DNA of 64,000 bases from Mesotaenium endlicherianum (lineage: Eukaryota): positions 314,162 through 378,161 of the forward strand of contig WELA01003469.1 of assembly GCA_009602735.1 (NCBI GenBank), given 5' to 3'. Under the pieces are notes generated by a model, which did no database searches, was not told the DNA's origin, and saw only the letters and a list, made by a program, of their open reading frames with translations. The translations under genes and the position numbers were made by a program. How positions within the stretch are numbered: the stretch's first letter is position 1; every line of letters starts with the position of its first letter. Below, piece after piece: positions 50,101-62,672 of this stretch.

Positions 50101-53049
50101 TGTGTGTGTGTGTGTTTGTGTGTCTGTCCGCGTGTGCCCACTTCTGGCACTGGGGTACGCACAGGGCGTGCTTCCCTGCCAGCCGTTGTCTTGTTGTCGG
50201 CGTCAGCTGAGGCTAAAAGAGGCAGGCTGAGCCGCTTCCTTCAGCGTGAGTAGGCGGGCGCTTGTCCCCTGGTCTCTCCTCTCCTCTCATATGCTGCGGT
50301 TGCGCTCCCCCCCGCCGCGCCGCAGTGCTCCCCCTCGCATGGGGCCTGCTGAGCCAGGGTCTTGGGGGAGGGACGGGGAGCAGGCTGGGCATCATGGCGC
50401 TGGAGAACGCTCAGGAGGCGGCGCCGTCGTGGCCGCTCTTCTTCATGGAGCACCGCTTCGCCGACCGCCTCCAGGTGCTTCCCCCCCCCCCCCCCCCCCT
50501 CCAGTCCCGGATGCCCAGGACGCGCATGCTGCTGTTATCAGGCAGCTCCAGTGAGCAGTACCTCGACGGTGAGCAGCGACGACAAGGAAGGAGACCTTGG
50601 GAGGCTCTTGGAGCGGTGTGACACATGGCGTGGGGGATATGCTCGCACCCCATGGCATGCACGTGACGCCGCTCCCGCCGGGCCGTCTCTGCTGCTGCTG
50701 CTGCTGCTGGTGGTGGTGCTGCAGAGAGTGTACGAGAAGCTGGGCGACAGCGCGGCGGAATTCCGCACCCTCACGGAGGGGCTGCTGCCCAAGTGCGCCG
50801 CCATCCTGGCGGACGTTGCGCCCGAGCCCAGCTTGCTGCACGGGGACCTCTGGGTACGAGCCTATCCCTGATCCCACCCCTTCCCTTTCCTCCCCCCACA
50901 CCCGTGTTGCAAGCATGCCTGTGGCTCCGCTCCGACTGAGACCTGGGACTTCCATTCTTCATCCTCCGGGGGCCAGCTCCTTCCAGGTAGCACGCCTGCT
51001 GCACTGGCCAAAACCTTTGGGGGCTCTAGTTCTTGGGGGGACCTTGTGGGAGTCAGTTCCAGCGAGAAGGCACCGACCGGCTGTCCCTCGCAATGTAACG
51101 CGGGAACTGCAGCTTGCAGCGAGCTGTACCTCCTGCTGCCTTTTGACTGACACTCTCTGTGTCGCCGCGCACAGAGAGCGTGGGAAGACGGCTGTCGTCG
51201 CCGCAAACGCTGTTGATATTTCCTGCCGGCGATGGGCTGAGCAGTGTTGTGGGAAGGAATGGATGCTCACAAGCTTTCGGGTCTCTCCTGGGCGGGGCGA
51301 GCAGGTGGGGAACTCGGGGCTGCTGGCCAATGGGCAGGTTGCCATCTTTGACCCTGCCACTTACATCGGTCACTCCGAATTCGGTGAGCACTCTCGCCTC
51401 CCTCTCTCTCTCTCCACACATACACACGTAGTCACGCACACAGCTCACATGCACGCACAGTTGCGGGCAAGCTGGGGAAGCATCTGCCAGCGCGTGCGCC
51501 TGAGCAAACGTCGGCTGTCCCTCCCACGGTGCCAATAGCCCTCCCCCCTGTCCGTCCTCACTCCTCACTCCTCTCCCTTCGCCTTCAGGAAACCACCCTT
51601 TTGGCCCTAAACCCCCCCCCTCCCCCCCCCCCTTCCTCTCTGAAAGCTCCCACGTCTGCCTGCGATCAATCACAGTCGTGTATGTGAGAGGGTGGCGGTG
51701 GCGGTGGCGGTGGGGTGGGGTGGGAATGCAGATCTGGCTTTCCAGGGGTGGACGCCGGCCCCCGACTTTCCGGGATTCTGTAAGTGCCACAATTCCCCAA
51801 CCTCCGCACAGCACCCCTCCTGCATCTGGAAGCAAGCGCCTGCGTCAACCCCCCTCAGCGTCTCCAGTTCCTGCTGCGCCATGTGTGCACTCAACGCAGG
51901 GCGTGACTCAGCGGTGCACGCTGCTGGTCTTAGGCCTCGGGATTGAAGCGTGGCCGGCCGTGGGAGAACCTCAACTCAAGTATGGCTCGCATGGTAGAAG
52001 CCTCCTGAGCCGGGGGTGGGCCTGCCTGCCTGCCTGCTTGCCCGCGTGCCTGCGTGCTGTGCATCACACGTGCGAGACAAGTAATTGCTGCAATAGCAAA
52101 GCAGCCTGGATTGTCTCTCTTGTGCCCGAAAATCAGGCGGACGTCCCCCGTTCCTGAGCTCGAGGAGAGGGCCCAGGAAACGAACGCCAGCCTCCGGAAA
52201 GACCCAGGATCTGACACACAAGTCGTGGTGCCTCGTTGTTGCCGTGGCGCGCGTGTGCGCGTGCGAGCGTGATAGCTGGCGCGTTCTACGGAGCCTACCA
52301 CGAGCTGGTGCCCAAGGCGCCCGGGTTCGAGGAGAGGCACCACGTGTACCAGCTGTTCCAGCTCCTCAACCACATGCTCATCTGTGCGTGCCTGCCCCCC
52401 GCCTCTTCCTCTCGCTCCCTGGGTCCTCTTGGCGCCTCTCCTCCACCAAGCAGGCATCGTTTTGCGCACCCTGCGCAGGCCCTCCAGGCTGGACCGTGGG
52501 GGCACGCATGCGTGGCTTGTGGGGGGGGAGGGGGCTTGCTCACCAAGTGGCACAATTTCCAGGGGCAGAGGGAGGAGAGAGCACTTGGTGGAGGGGTAGA
52601 GGGGAGGGAAGGTGAGGGAGTGGAGTGCCAGTAGTGCACGAGTGGCTGAAGAGAATTCCACGCATTTTTTCTGCTTTGCTTCGGCTGCCTTTGTCTGGGC
52701 TCTGCCTGAGTATACACCTATATTTGTATCTTGCAAGGACCTACTTCTTGCTTTTCTGAAATGAAGACGCAAACAAACCTGAGGCTCCCTCTCTATCTCG
52801 TCTCTCTCCCTTCCCATGTTCACCATGAGCGGCACGACCTTGTGCATCGTCACCTGCAGCCTCATGCTCACTGAAGGTTTCATCAGCCTTCCCATAATTC
52901 GCATCAGGCCGGGCAGACAAGTACCTGCCTTGCTCATCGTGTGCGTTGCACATGCCTTGGCGGCGGCGGTGGTGGCGGTAGTGGCTGCAGATGGGGGAGA
53001 GTACTACCTGCACGCGGTGAAGAAGGTGCAGGTCATTCAGACGCTGTGA
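47197..53049 (+). CDS. Fructosamine/ketosamine (protein-ribulosamine) 3-kinase family protein
   Basis: Exons 47197-47516 (SGCIN..FFVKIN), 48732-48773 (MFEGEA), 49203 to about 49288 (IRVPQP; N at 49289), 49808-49905 (LGRDLARLH..FGF), 50384-50474, 50725-50853 (PSLLHGDLW), 51305-51383 (FDPATYIGHSEF), 51732-51779, 52276-52383 (FYGAYH..YQLFQLLNH) and 52991-53049. Start codon is uncertain. Confidence 0.92.
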
Positions 53050-56000
53050 TTGTAGTCCTGCCACCATTTGTCTCCCGGCTTCTTCCTCCCCTCCTCGCCG
53101 GCACTTCATGGGCGTGAAGAGGCAAAAGTGTTGCCCATCGCCATGTCACGCAAGGAAGTAAGCGGTTCCTTCGACACCACGCACGAGAAGTTCTAGTTGC
53201 TCCCGAACGAGTTTTGACTCCTCGACTCAATAACACGCGCTGTCTCCACCGTCTGATAGAACACCTGGGAAACCAGTTTGGGAGGTATAGAAATCTGTAG
53301 GAAGGTGTTTCTCGAAGAAGGGATTCTTGCTAGGCCTTGATGTTCATTTGAGGTGAAGCTGAAGGCTTTCACTATATGTAACAAAGTATCAAGCTGGCAA
53401 CAGTGATAGGCTGGCTTCGTTGAGCTTTGGCGGAAGGTAGTGCTACTAGGAGTACAGATGGCCTGTAAGCCCTGATGTGGTAAGAGTTGAGACTCCAAAA
53501 TCATGCACGCATAACCCTTGAATATGTGCATGTCGTATGAGACGTTTTAAGGTCAAGTGTCGGCAACTAATTGTCATAAGCACGTATTGTAATGAAAGTA
53601 CTGCATTTTGGTGGTATGGATCAGCTGTACCATGAAGTATTAGTATGTCAAATATTATGTGTATGCCTAACACCCTTCGAGGAAGCCAACTGTAATGATG
53701 CACTTTCTTAAACCCACGTTTTTTTTTCCATTCTTTTTGGGCCTCAAGGACTGTAATAAATAAAAAAGACTGAAATTTGTGCACTCAGCGAGACACTTCT
53801 AAAACAACTTGGGACAAATTTGCGCCAGGCTCCAGCGCCATGGCAAACCTGTCAATTGACGCTGTATATTCTATAATTCTAAATGCCCTGCTAGCCTACA
53901 TCAAAAGCAATGAAGTAATAGAGGTTTATCACTTCACTTCAATTCCTACAACATTTGTTGTTCGTAGACACAATTCCTTGTACGTTCATGTGTATGTGGT
54001 GAAAACTTTCATGAGTTGCCCACTAGCTCATGAGAGAAGATTACATTACTACCCAGTTGAAGCATGGGAATTGAGGCCTGCAAGTTATGCGATTGAAGCG
54101 TGCCTAGCAACCTCTCAAACAGAAGAACTAATCTACATCAAAGCATGCAAAAGAAGGAAGTCGCAACGTGTCAAATGTGTCGTTTTATGAAGTGGTCGCA
54201 CATGCATTGGAAGGCTTAAAAGCGCATGCGTGTTGACTTGGTGTGGGCAAAAGCAAGAGTTACGAACTATGGCTAGCTTATATTCCAAGTAAGTCATGCA
54301 TATGCATTTTGCAATCGTAGGACATTCATATCTTCAGCCCCGATTATATTTAGCAAGGGTATTAAGGGAGCAAGTCAAATTCGAATAAATCAACACTTTC
54401 TTAATGATTCATTCAGATGATCAGATCTCAAGCCTTTGAAGCTCATTGCACAAATGCAAATTTTTGTCTTAGAAAAGTCCACCCAAGACTGGAGCTACAG
54501 TTAAAAGACAGAAATTCCTCACAACAACTATTGGAAGAAAGCAACTAGAACTATGAATGATAAACTAGAAAGAAACAATATATATAGAATTAAATAGCCA
54601 AGACGAGCCACCTCTTTATATTGACGACATTGATGCACATGATATTTAGTTAGGATTCTACAATGTTTAATGTGATTCAGTAAATTTCCATCTCATCACT
54701 TGCATCATTCAAGACCGTCTTAGATCGCATGCTAATGTCAAAGTTGTAGTAGCGGGAAAGTTTAAGGTTTTTCCTATTATTGACTAGGTTATATGTTGTG
54801 AAACTTAGGTTGACAAACTCAACGTTTGTACAACTTGGACAACAAAATTGTCCATATCTTATTTGGCATTGTAGCTAAGTGCGGCCTACTCTGCCCTCTA
54901 TTCCAATACTGCAACTTGGTGCATGTACAAAGGTAAATCTACTCTTCATTACATTCATTTATACCTCAAATATCCAACTTTTGTCTATGTACGTGTCAAC
55001 ATTGAATAATCTCATAAAACTGTGATACTATGCTGCTAGCTACCCAATTTTTTATGTTTGGTGTTTATTGACCACTTTTTAAGAAGTGTAGACTTTGCAA
55101 TTGTGTTGTTGTCTCCAACATTTTAAATCATTTAGAAACTGTGAGCGTCGTACTCGTCGTGCTCATCATAGAAATGGTTGCTACTATATGAATCCAGTCA
55201 ATACTCACAATATCAGGTGCATGAAGCAGACATGTGCATGAAGCCCACGATGAGATAGAAAAAGCATTTGTTTGTGGCACCCTTTTTGTGCCCTAGTAAG
55301 ACATTTTTTTCTCGCCTTTTTTTTGCACTCCTTAAAAGTGATCAGTCCTCTTCAAATTTCGAAATTACAGTGTGTCCACCGAAGGCTATTGGATAGCATT
55401 TTACCTTGATTCTTGATTAACCATACAAAAGGCTAACGTGGAACCTTATGTGGTTCTTTTGGTGCATGGTACACCCTGGGTACACCGAGTAATTTTGAAC
55501 GAGTTGAACCCAATTCAACTGTTTACTTCGACATTTTTACCTCAAGAGTCGATCGCTAGGTCAAAGTTCAGAGGTCAAAGGTGTCCAGTCAGTGTCCAGT
55601 CCTTGTCTGCATCGGTTTTGATCCAACGGCCTACACGTCGCATTATAAAGAAAGATACTCGCGAACTTCAAAACTGGGCTGGTGAGGGCCAGAATTTGCC
55701 ACTGCACACAGTCCAGCTCTTATTTATCTGCACTTATACGTCTCCATTCATCACCTATGGCACTTGTGATAAGAGGCCTGTCATTGAGCACTCTCAGTAA
55801 GGTTGTGCTGCCCTCGTCAACATTGGCGTCAACTGAGAAAAATTCGAAAAGTTTAGGTGCTCCCATCAAACGTCTGAAGGAAGCGACTGCATCCAAAAAA
55901 CATATATTTGCAGCCCTGCCAACAACTCATGCGATCAACCTGTTAGCAAAAAAGGGGAAAAAGGTGCTTGCCTGTAATCCCCTTGTTACAATGTCTCTTG

Positions 56001-56228
56001 TCAATTTGTGTGTTCGCATCCTTCTGTCTTTCAGATGGATAAATCTTAAAGTGGACGAGTTGCCTGCCAATCTGGTGCTCTGCACACCAGATTGGCAGGC
56101 AACTCGTCCACTTTAAGTGAATGCTCCTTCGCTTTCGGTATCCGCTCACATATGGATACACTTTCGAGATTTAATCTGTCTCTCTCATTGTGCTGCAGTT
56201 GCCAAGCCGATTGTTCTGCTGGAGGGCA

Positions 56229-59200
56229 ATGGCGACTGACGGAAACGAAGCCCCTTCAAACAACCCGGGCTTAGCGGAAAACCTTGATGACGCGACCCAG
56301 ACATATATTATGCAGCAAACGGTGAGAGTCTCTGCTGGGCGTAAATCAATTCTTTTCTTGGTCATGTATGATATTAGTGTGCTACTTTTTGGAATCCATT
56401 ATGTTAACTCACATTGGAGGGAGTTTGTGCCCTTTATTTTCTCTGCTTCTTGTGGCGGTTGATCCCTGATAGCAGCTGCTGAGTAGCACAGTTTGAAACA
56501 AAAAGAAGTTTGCACGATTGTGGTCTCTTAATACAAAGGTAAACAAAATTGCCGGTTTCTTATTGGCGTAAGCTCGATGTTTATGACAATATCCAAATTG
56601 TCACAAAGGACGCACCTGATTGCCAGATTGATGAGCTGGATTTGAACTTTGGCTGTAACAGATGTACCGAATCAGAGACCCGAAGCTCTCCTTAGACTTC
56701 TACTCCAGAATCCTTGGCATGAGGTATGTGTCACGTCAATGCACCTTACAATTTTTTCTGGCAACATGTATTATTAACCGTGTTTGCTGATGCAGAATCT
56801 AGTATTGACCCCAATCGTTTTTGTTCATAATTTTGAGCAATAAAATTGCTCAATAAAATTGCACTGGTGGTGCTACTTGTGAAAATTGCGTGTCATGGAC
56901 CAGTGTCTCAATTTGTTGCTTTATTGTTCAGCTGACTGAGAAGCATATACATAGGAGAGCACATTGACTTCGGAGTGTAAGCTTGTACATGTGGTTGTGG
57001 CAAGAGTAAACAGTTTACAGCTGGTCCGTATTGAGGAGAGGGGAGGGGGCGGGAGCTGGCGGGAGGGGAGGGGAGGGAGGCTTTACGGGGTGGGGGAATG
57101 GTGCGCTTCTCTTGTCAGAACAAAAAGACCAAATTAGTGAACAAAAGAGGTCCTTGCTGACTCAACTAATTTATAAATGTTCTGTCGGGCACTTCTCTGT
57201 ACAAGTGAATTTTAATACCACCAATATAGTAGAGGAGTTGTGTTGCAGAGGTGAGCTGAGCCGTTCAGTGTGTCAGCAGAGCACGTTACTCAGGTTAGGC
57301 ATCAGCACAATTGCTGTTGGTCGTAATCATTCTGCAGTGGGCCATCCATTCTGTGTTGTGCTTCTTGGCCCTGGTTAATCTGAGTGACCAGTATTTGAAA
57401 GTGAAGATTTTGCAGCATAACTGTACATGTGCATGCAGGCTGCTGAAGCGCCTGGACTACCCAGAGGCAAAGTTCTCCCTCTACTTTATGGGCTACGAGG
57501 TGCTTCCTCCTCACCCATCATTTTCCTCCGCACTCTAACATGTGCGACACCAAGAGCCCTGCTGGGTGCTAAGCAAGGGTGAGAATACATTTGCTGATGA
57601 TGCAATGGAGATTGGGATGTGCACAGGACCCAAGCAGCGTACCACAGGACGACGTGGAGCGAATGACGTGGCTCACCTCCAGACGGGCCACCATTGAGCT
57701 CACCCAGTGAGCACCACCCCTATATGCTCTCCCCTCGTTCTTGCTCTGTTACTGGCAAATGCAGTGGAGTTATCTGGTGGTTAGCTGATGCCCATTGGGT
57801 GTTCTGGTGAAGCACAAGCATGCGCCTGTACGTGCACGGGGGGCACGCATATGCACATAACATATCAGGCTCCCTGCTCATGCAACAACATCCCGCTTTG
57901 TCCTAGCTTACAGGATCACCTTATCCTCTGAGCAATATCTTGTGTATTTGCACCCATCGGTGGTTGCATCTGAGTGTGGGCGGCGGGGGGGGAGTGGCAT
58001 GCAGCAACTGGGGGACAGAGAGCGACCCGGACTTCAAGGGCTACCACAGCGGCAACTCTGACCCCCGTGGCTTTGGTGCATGCCCTGCTCCTTGCTGCTC
58101 CCTCTACCTAATCTGCCTTCAGGCCCCAGGCTTCATTGTTTCTGCTCAGCTTGCACATCACATCACCTGATGCTAGCAAGAAGAGCTGCCGTATGAGAGC
58201 CCCAAGGGAGGATGTATCAAGCAACTTCGTTCTTGTTGCAGAGTACCTTTGCTGCCGCATTGACAAGGGTCACCTGTAAAAAGCTTGACTTCATCGCCCA
58301 TACTATATTCTTTCTTTGGTGGTCTTTTCCTTCCTTCTCATGTTTGCCATTGGGGCTCCTGGCCCTGCTGTGATGATTCTTTTTCTACTGCTGTGCGTGG
58401 GACAGGCCACATAGGCATCACAGTGGATGATGTTGAGACGGCATGCGCTCGATTTGAGAAACTTGGCGTGGAGTTTGTCAAGAAGCCACAAGATGGTACG
58501 TGTCTTTTCGAGCAGGCCAACCACTCTCCCACCACGGCCAATACTCTTGCAGCCTCGCCCACCCCCGGCACCCTGTCTACCAGCATTGCCACCATGCTAG
58601 GCTGTCCCAGTACATACAGGCCCCGATTTATAGTGCTGGTCACTGTCAGCTCCAGTTGCCTCACAATGTTTTTATGATCCACCATTTCCGAGCTTGTAAA
58701 CATTTAACCTTGATCATAGGGAGCTGAACTTGGAAGACCTAAGTTGTTGGGTTTAGAGAACCAACTGCGGGGTGCACAGTGGAGTCTGGTGCTGTCTTTG
58801 CTGTTAAAGCGACCTTTTTATATGCCGTCATATATTTGCAGCCCATGAGCAAATTTCAATGAGATGCAAATATTGGAATGCACTTTGTGAAAGACAATGC
58901 TAGTCATCTGAAGTTTTCTAGGCAAGATACACATGCCTTGATGTGGTCTATGTAGTGGCAGTCAAGGGGAAGGTACTGACGCTTGCTGAAGTCAGGTAGA
59001 ATTGAAGTAGACTTTCAGTGTGCCCTGTTGAAAGGGTTTTGTCTTGAAGAGGTCGTTGAACACTATGTGGATTTCAAAAGAGTTAGTTTTTTTGCCACAT
59101 TTTCTAGTACGTGATGTTGGGAAGGTGTGAGTTTCTTACTTGCATCTGTTGGTGCTCTCACTGGACACATTTTTTGGACCACTTTCCATATATCAACAAG

Positions 59201-59397
59201 GTTGGTGGAGGACGCATTGCTTCCATCTTTTGGAATTTGTTTTCTAGATTCTTCTTCTAATTTGTGCGTACGTTGTGGTATACTTGACTGACTTTGCTTC
59301 AGGTACAATGAAGGGGCTTGCCTTTATCAAGGATCCTGATGGATACTACATAGAAATTTTTGACGCAAAAGTTTTTCCAAAGTTTTTGAAAGTGTAA
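56229..59397 (+). CDS. GLX1: Glyoxalase I (lactoylglutathione lyase), single-domain Zn-type
   Basis: Exons 56229-56321, 56662-56723, 57439-57499, 57627-57706, 58005-58075, 58406-58495, 59303-59397. Motifs MQQTMYRIRDP, IELTHNWGTE, GFGHIG and DPDGYYIEI supply the Q/E/H/E metal ligands. Confidence 0.96.
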
Positions 59398-60348
59398 GTC
59401 TTATCAACGTTGTATCAAAAAAGAATACGTAGTATATATATGTAACTCATTTAAATTTGTTTAAATATCTCGTTTTAAGTAACTTGTGACATGTGAAGTT
59501 GAGGTGGTTTTATGTTGTTTCACCGTACACACGCTTTTACTTCCATAGTAGAGGGTATGTTAGTTCGTTCAATTGCATATTTTGTGAGGATTGCATTCTT
59601 GCTAGATAAGAGTATTCACTTGTAAGTTGGGTTGTTGGTCAACTTTGTGCTTATTGAATGTGAACGATGGAGAAGGTACATATGCAACCCTTTTGGCTAA
59701 TGTTTCGAGCCTTTACGACATTCTCGTATCAAGGGAGCAGTGTTCAAAAGCTAATATCACTTTTGGATTGAGCATTGCGTTAATCCACATATCAGGGGTT
59801 TTGTTTGGTGATATTGGGCTATTTTCACTTCGAGAGGTGACACAGCTTAGCCTTTTCTACTTCTCCACATGATCCTCAAATTCTAGATTAATGACACATC
59901 GTGTTTGCATGTTCACGGGTCTCTATGTAAAACGGTTGTGAGCTATGGTTGTGTGTTATGAAGCTAGGAAAAACTTGTGCTCATCTCTCTGTCCTTTCTC
60001 ATCCTCGCAAAAAGCTCGTTCAGAATCTAAAGGTAATGTATACTTATGAAACGAACCTCAACACGAATCCATCAGAACTGAAGAAATGGTGATCTTTCAC
60101 TAATATTACAGACCTCGCCTCGTAAAGACCTCGCCGTGTATATTGTACATTCCATGTTATAAAGAGGGAAAAGATTCAAAAAACAATCATGCCAGCTGAG
60201 CATTGTACCCCGTGAGTGTGGATACGCTCGGTGCGCTCGGCCACGCTCGGCAACCTGACTTTGTGAAGAGTCATTCATGGCTTGCCAAGTGTACACACGC
60301 CTAAGGAAGTGACATCGTCCCAATAGTTTCATCCAGGCTCGTTTGTGT

Positions 60349-60450
60349 ACTGGAGGCAACTGGAGGCAACTGGAGGTGACTGGAGGTGACTGCAGAGTCA
60401 ACCGAGGCTGGTTGAGGCCAATTGGGGCATATTGAGGAGCATTGAGGCCC
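60349..60450. repeat. About ten-unit degenerate 10-bp tandem array upstream of the LEA-like gene
   Basis: actggaggca x2, actggaggtg x2, decaying into nnttgaggnn units. Confidence 0.8.
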
Positions 60451-60890
60451 TTTTGCTCGTGTTCAAGTGTGCTGCTTCCGGGTGCTCCCAGTATAGCGAA
60501 CCTCTTCCTGACAAGTGGACAGCTTCACTATGACTGGGAGCTTGCTCTGAGCTTCTGTGTGGCATGTGCTTCCAGGAGATGATTAGCCCGCACATGCGCC
60601 TTCAACAATGAGGCTCCAGCAGGCTCCAGAGTCCAAAGGCCCCCAGCAGACCAAGGTCTTTGTTCGTCATGCTGGAACGTTGCTGTTCATAAAATCAGCA
60701 TAAGCTTCTCCTTAATCTACTTGAGAAGGAAGTGGTGCCTTTGTCGGCAACAGAAACTAACTTCTAGAATTATTACGCAGCAAGACTTACAACTCGATAA
60801 CTCATTAAAAGCAAAGTGGAATTATACTAACTTTTAGTGAATAAGGGTGTATAGGCGATTATATATTTTCTTGCTTTTCCACTTCACAGA

Positions 60891-62672
60891 ATGTATCAGG
60901 CTTTGAGGCATTTTGGCAGAGGTGTGAGGCTTCTGGAAGGCCATGGCGCACTCACAAAGAGTGCTACCGCTAACCTCGAGGGCTGTACTGGCGTGCCTCG
61001 AGCAGGGCAGTTAGTTTTCTACAACACCAGCGCTGATAAGGTAAGAATGGATTGTAAACGACGAGTAGCTTATTTCATGTCGTCTTTGAGTAACCGCATG
61101 TAGGAGCGTGGACCTGCCATTGATGAAGAAGGCGCTCAGTAGTATGCAATTCTATGTCTACAATTTCCTTTTATTTCTTCTTTGTTGAATTTTTTTCATA
61201 TATATATTAAGGGTTTGTCATTCTTTTTTTTTAGGCAGTAGATTGGAAAAGCTAGGATGAACTAGTACTGCAGGTTTATCATGGAAAAGAAACATATCAG
61301 ATCTCCATTTTTCAATGGACTAACAAACGAGATATGTAGTCGTGTTTCGAACATGTTGGCTCATGTACATACCACATTTGCATGCATGGGAGCAACTGTT
61401 TACATTTCTGCCCAATATGTATGTCCCTAATATCAGATCCTTATGGCAGGCAAAAGATGAGATGAAACAGCAGGACAAACCGGATTTAGGGACAACTGTA
61501 CAACGAGGAGCAGCAGAACAAAAAGCTGGTGCGGCAGAAGAAGCTGGTTATGAGCGAGCTCGTGAAAGGGGAGCCAGTGTCAACGAAGTGAGATTCCTTT
61601 GTATCAAGCCCACCTTGTCAATGTGTACCAGTTTCTACTTGGTAGTAGCTTTTGTCACGACGCAGTTGTTCGTATGTACTTTTGCCCTGTACCTGCTTTG
61701 TTTTAGTCAAGTAGGTTCAGTTGAGTAAATTCAAGTTGAAGCTTATGCCCGCCCCTTGAATAGTTCATGTTATGATCTTTGCATACATCTAGATTCCTGA
61801 TATGTGGATCATGAGTGTGGCAGACGGAGGGAATGGAGAGTCTAAACAAGATGGGGAAGATGGTGGGTGACGTTGCCAGTGGCGTGGCTCAGTTCACTCG
61901 TAAGACAGTCGCTATGGCTGGTGAGGTGGCTGGCAGAGCGACTGAGACTGTCAAGGGGCTGAGTGGCATGGGTGATGACACTCTTCACGGCGATAAGCCA
62001 GCCAACAGTGATGCGCCCAAACATCATGAATCCAGTAGCGCTGCTAGTACACCCTCAATGAGCGCTGGTGACGATAAGAAGGCTAAAGATACAGCATATG
62101 TTAACCAATTTGCTGGAGCTCCGACCCTCAAGCAGGCAGAGGAGGATGTCGGTTCTGCTGATGCTGTTGCAGGTAATGCAAACTACTCTGCAGACAAGGG
62201 GAAGGAGAAGGTTAAAATTGGCGGATCATCTGACCCGCTGAAGGGCAGCAGAAGCATAGGGACTGTTGCAGGTGCTCGTTTGAGGAAGGCAGGAGTTCAT
62301 TCTACTGTTAGGTCTGCTGCTCCGGGTTCCCGATGGTTCGCCTCAGGGTCAGGCCAAGATGCGGAAGGAACTAACCAGCCATATGCCAGTCCTGCGGCGC
62401 CTGCCCCTAGCGCAAATCAAGGTGGCTTGGACTACAGTGGGGGTGCTGCGGCAGGCAATGAAAATCGCTCTGCATTTGACGGGGGAGAGGAGGTCAAGCA
62501 AGGAGCAAACGGTGGGAAGCAAGATGATAAAGAGCCTCTGACTTATGGCGGTGGCAAAGATAGGGGAGGGTCCTCAACACTGGCTGGGCCGAGTAGCGAT
62601 GAAGATGATAAGGGTGGTAATGCCAACCAAGAGCTACCTCCAATGCCTGAGGCAGCAGGACCGTCGTCTTAA
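60891..62672 (+). CDS. Hydrophilic LEA-like protein with a putative mitochondrial presequence
   Basis: Phase-0 exons 60891-61040, 61450-61587, 61824-62672. N-terminus MYQALRHFGRGVRLL. Body is rich in G, A, S, D and K, with amphipathic segments (KMVGDVASGVAQFTRKTV..ATETVKG). Family assignment rests on composition only. Confidence 0.65.

Noticed and set aside
51930..52937. 335-aa minus-strand ORF
   Set aside because: Antisense to a kinase exon and its GC-rich introns; no recognisable domain
53200..55400. Short ORFs between the kinase and glyoxalase I
   Set aside because: No motifs or consistent exon chain could be recognised
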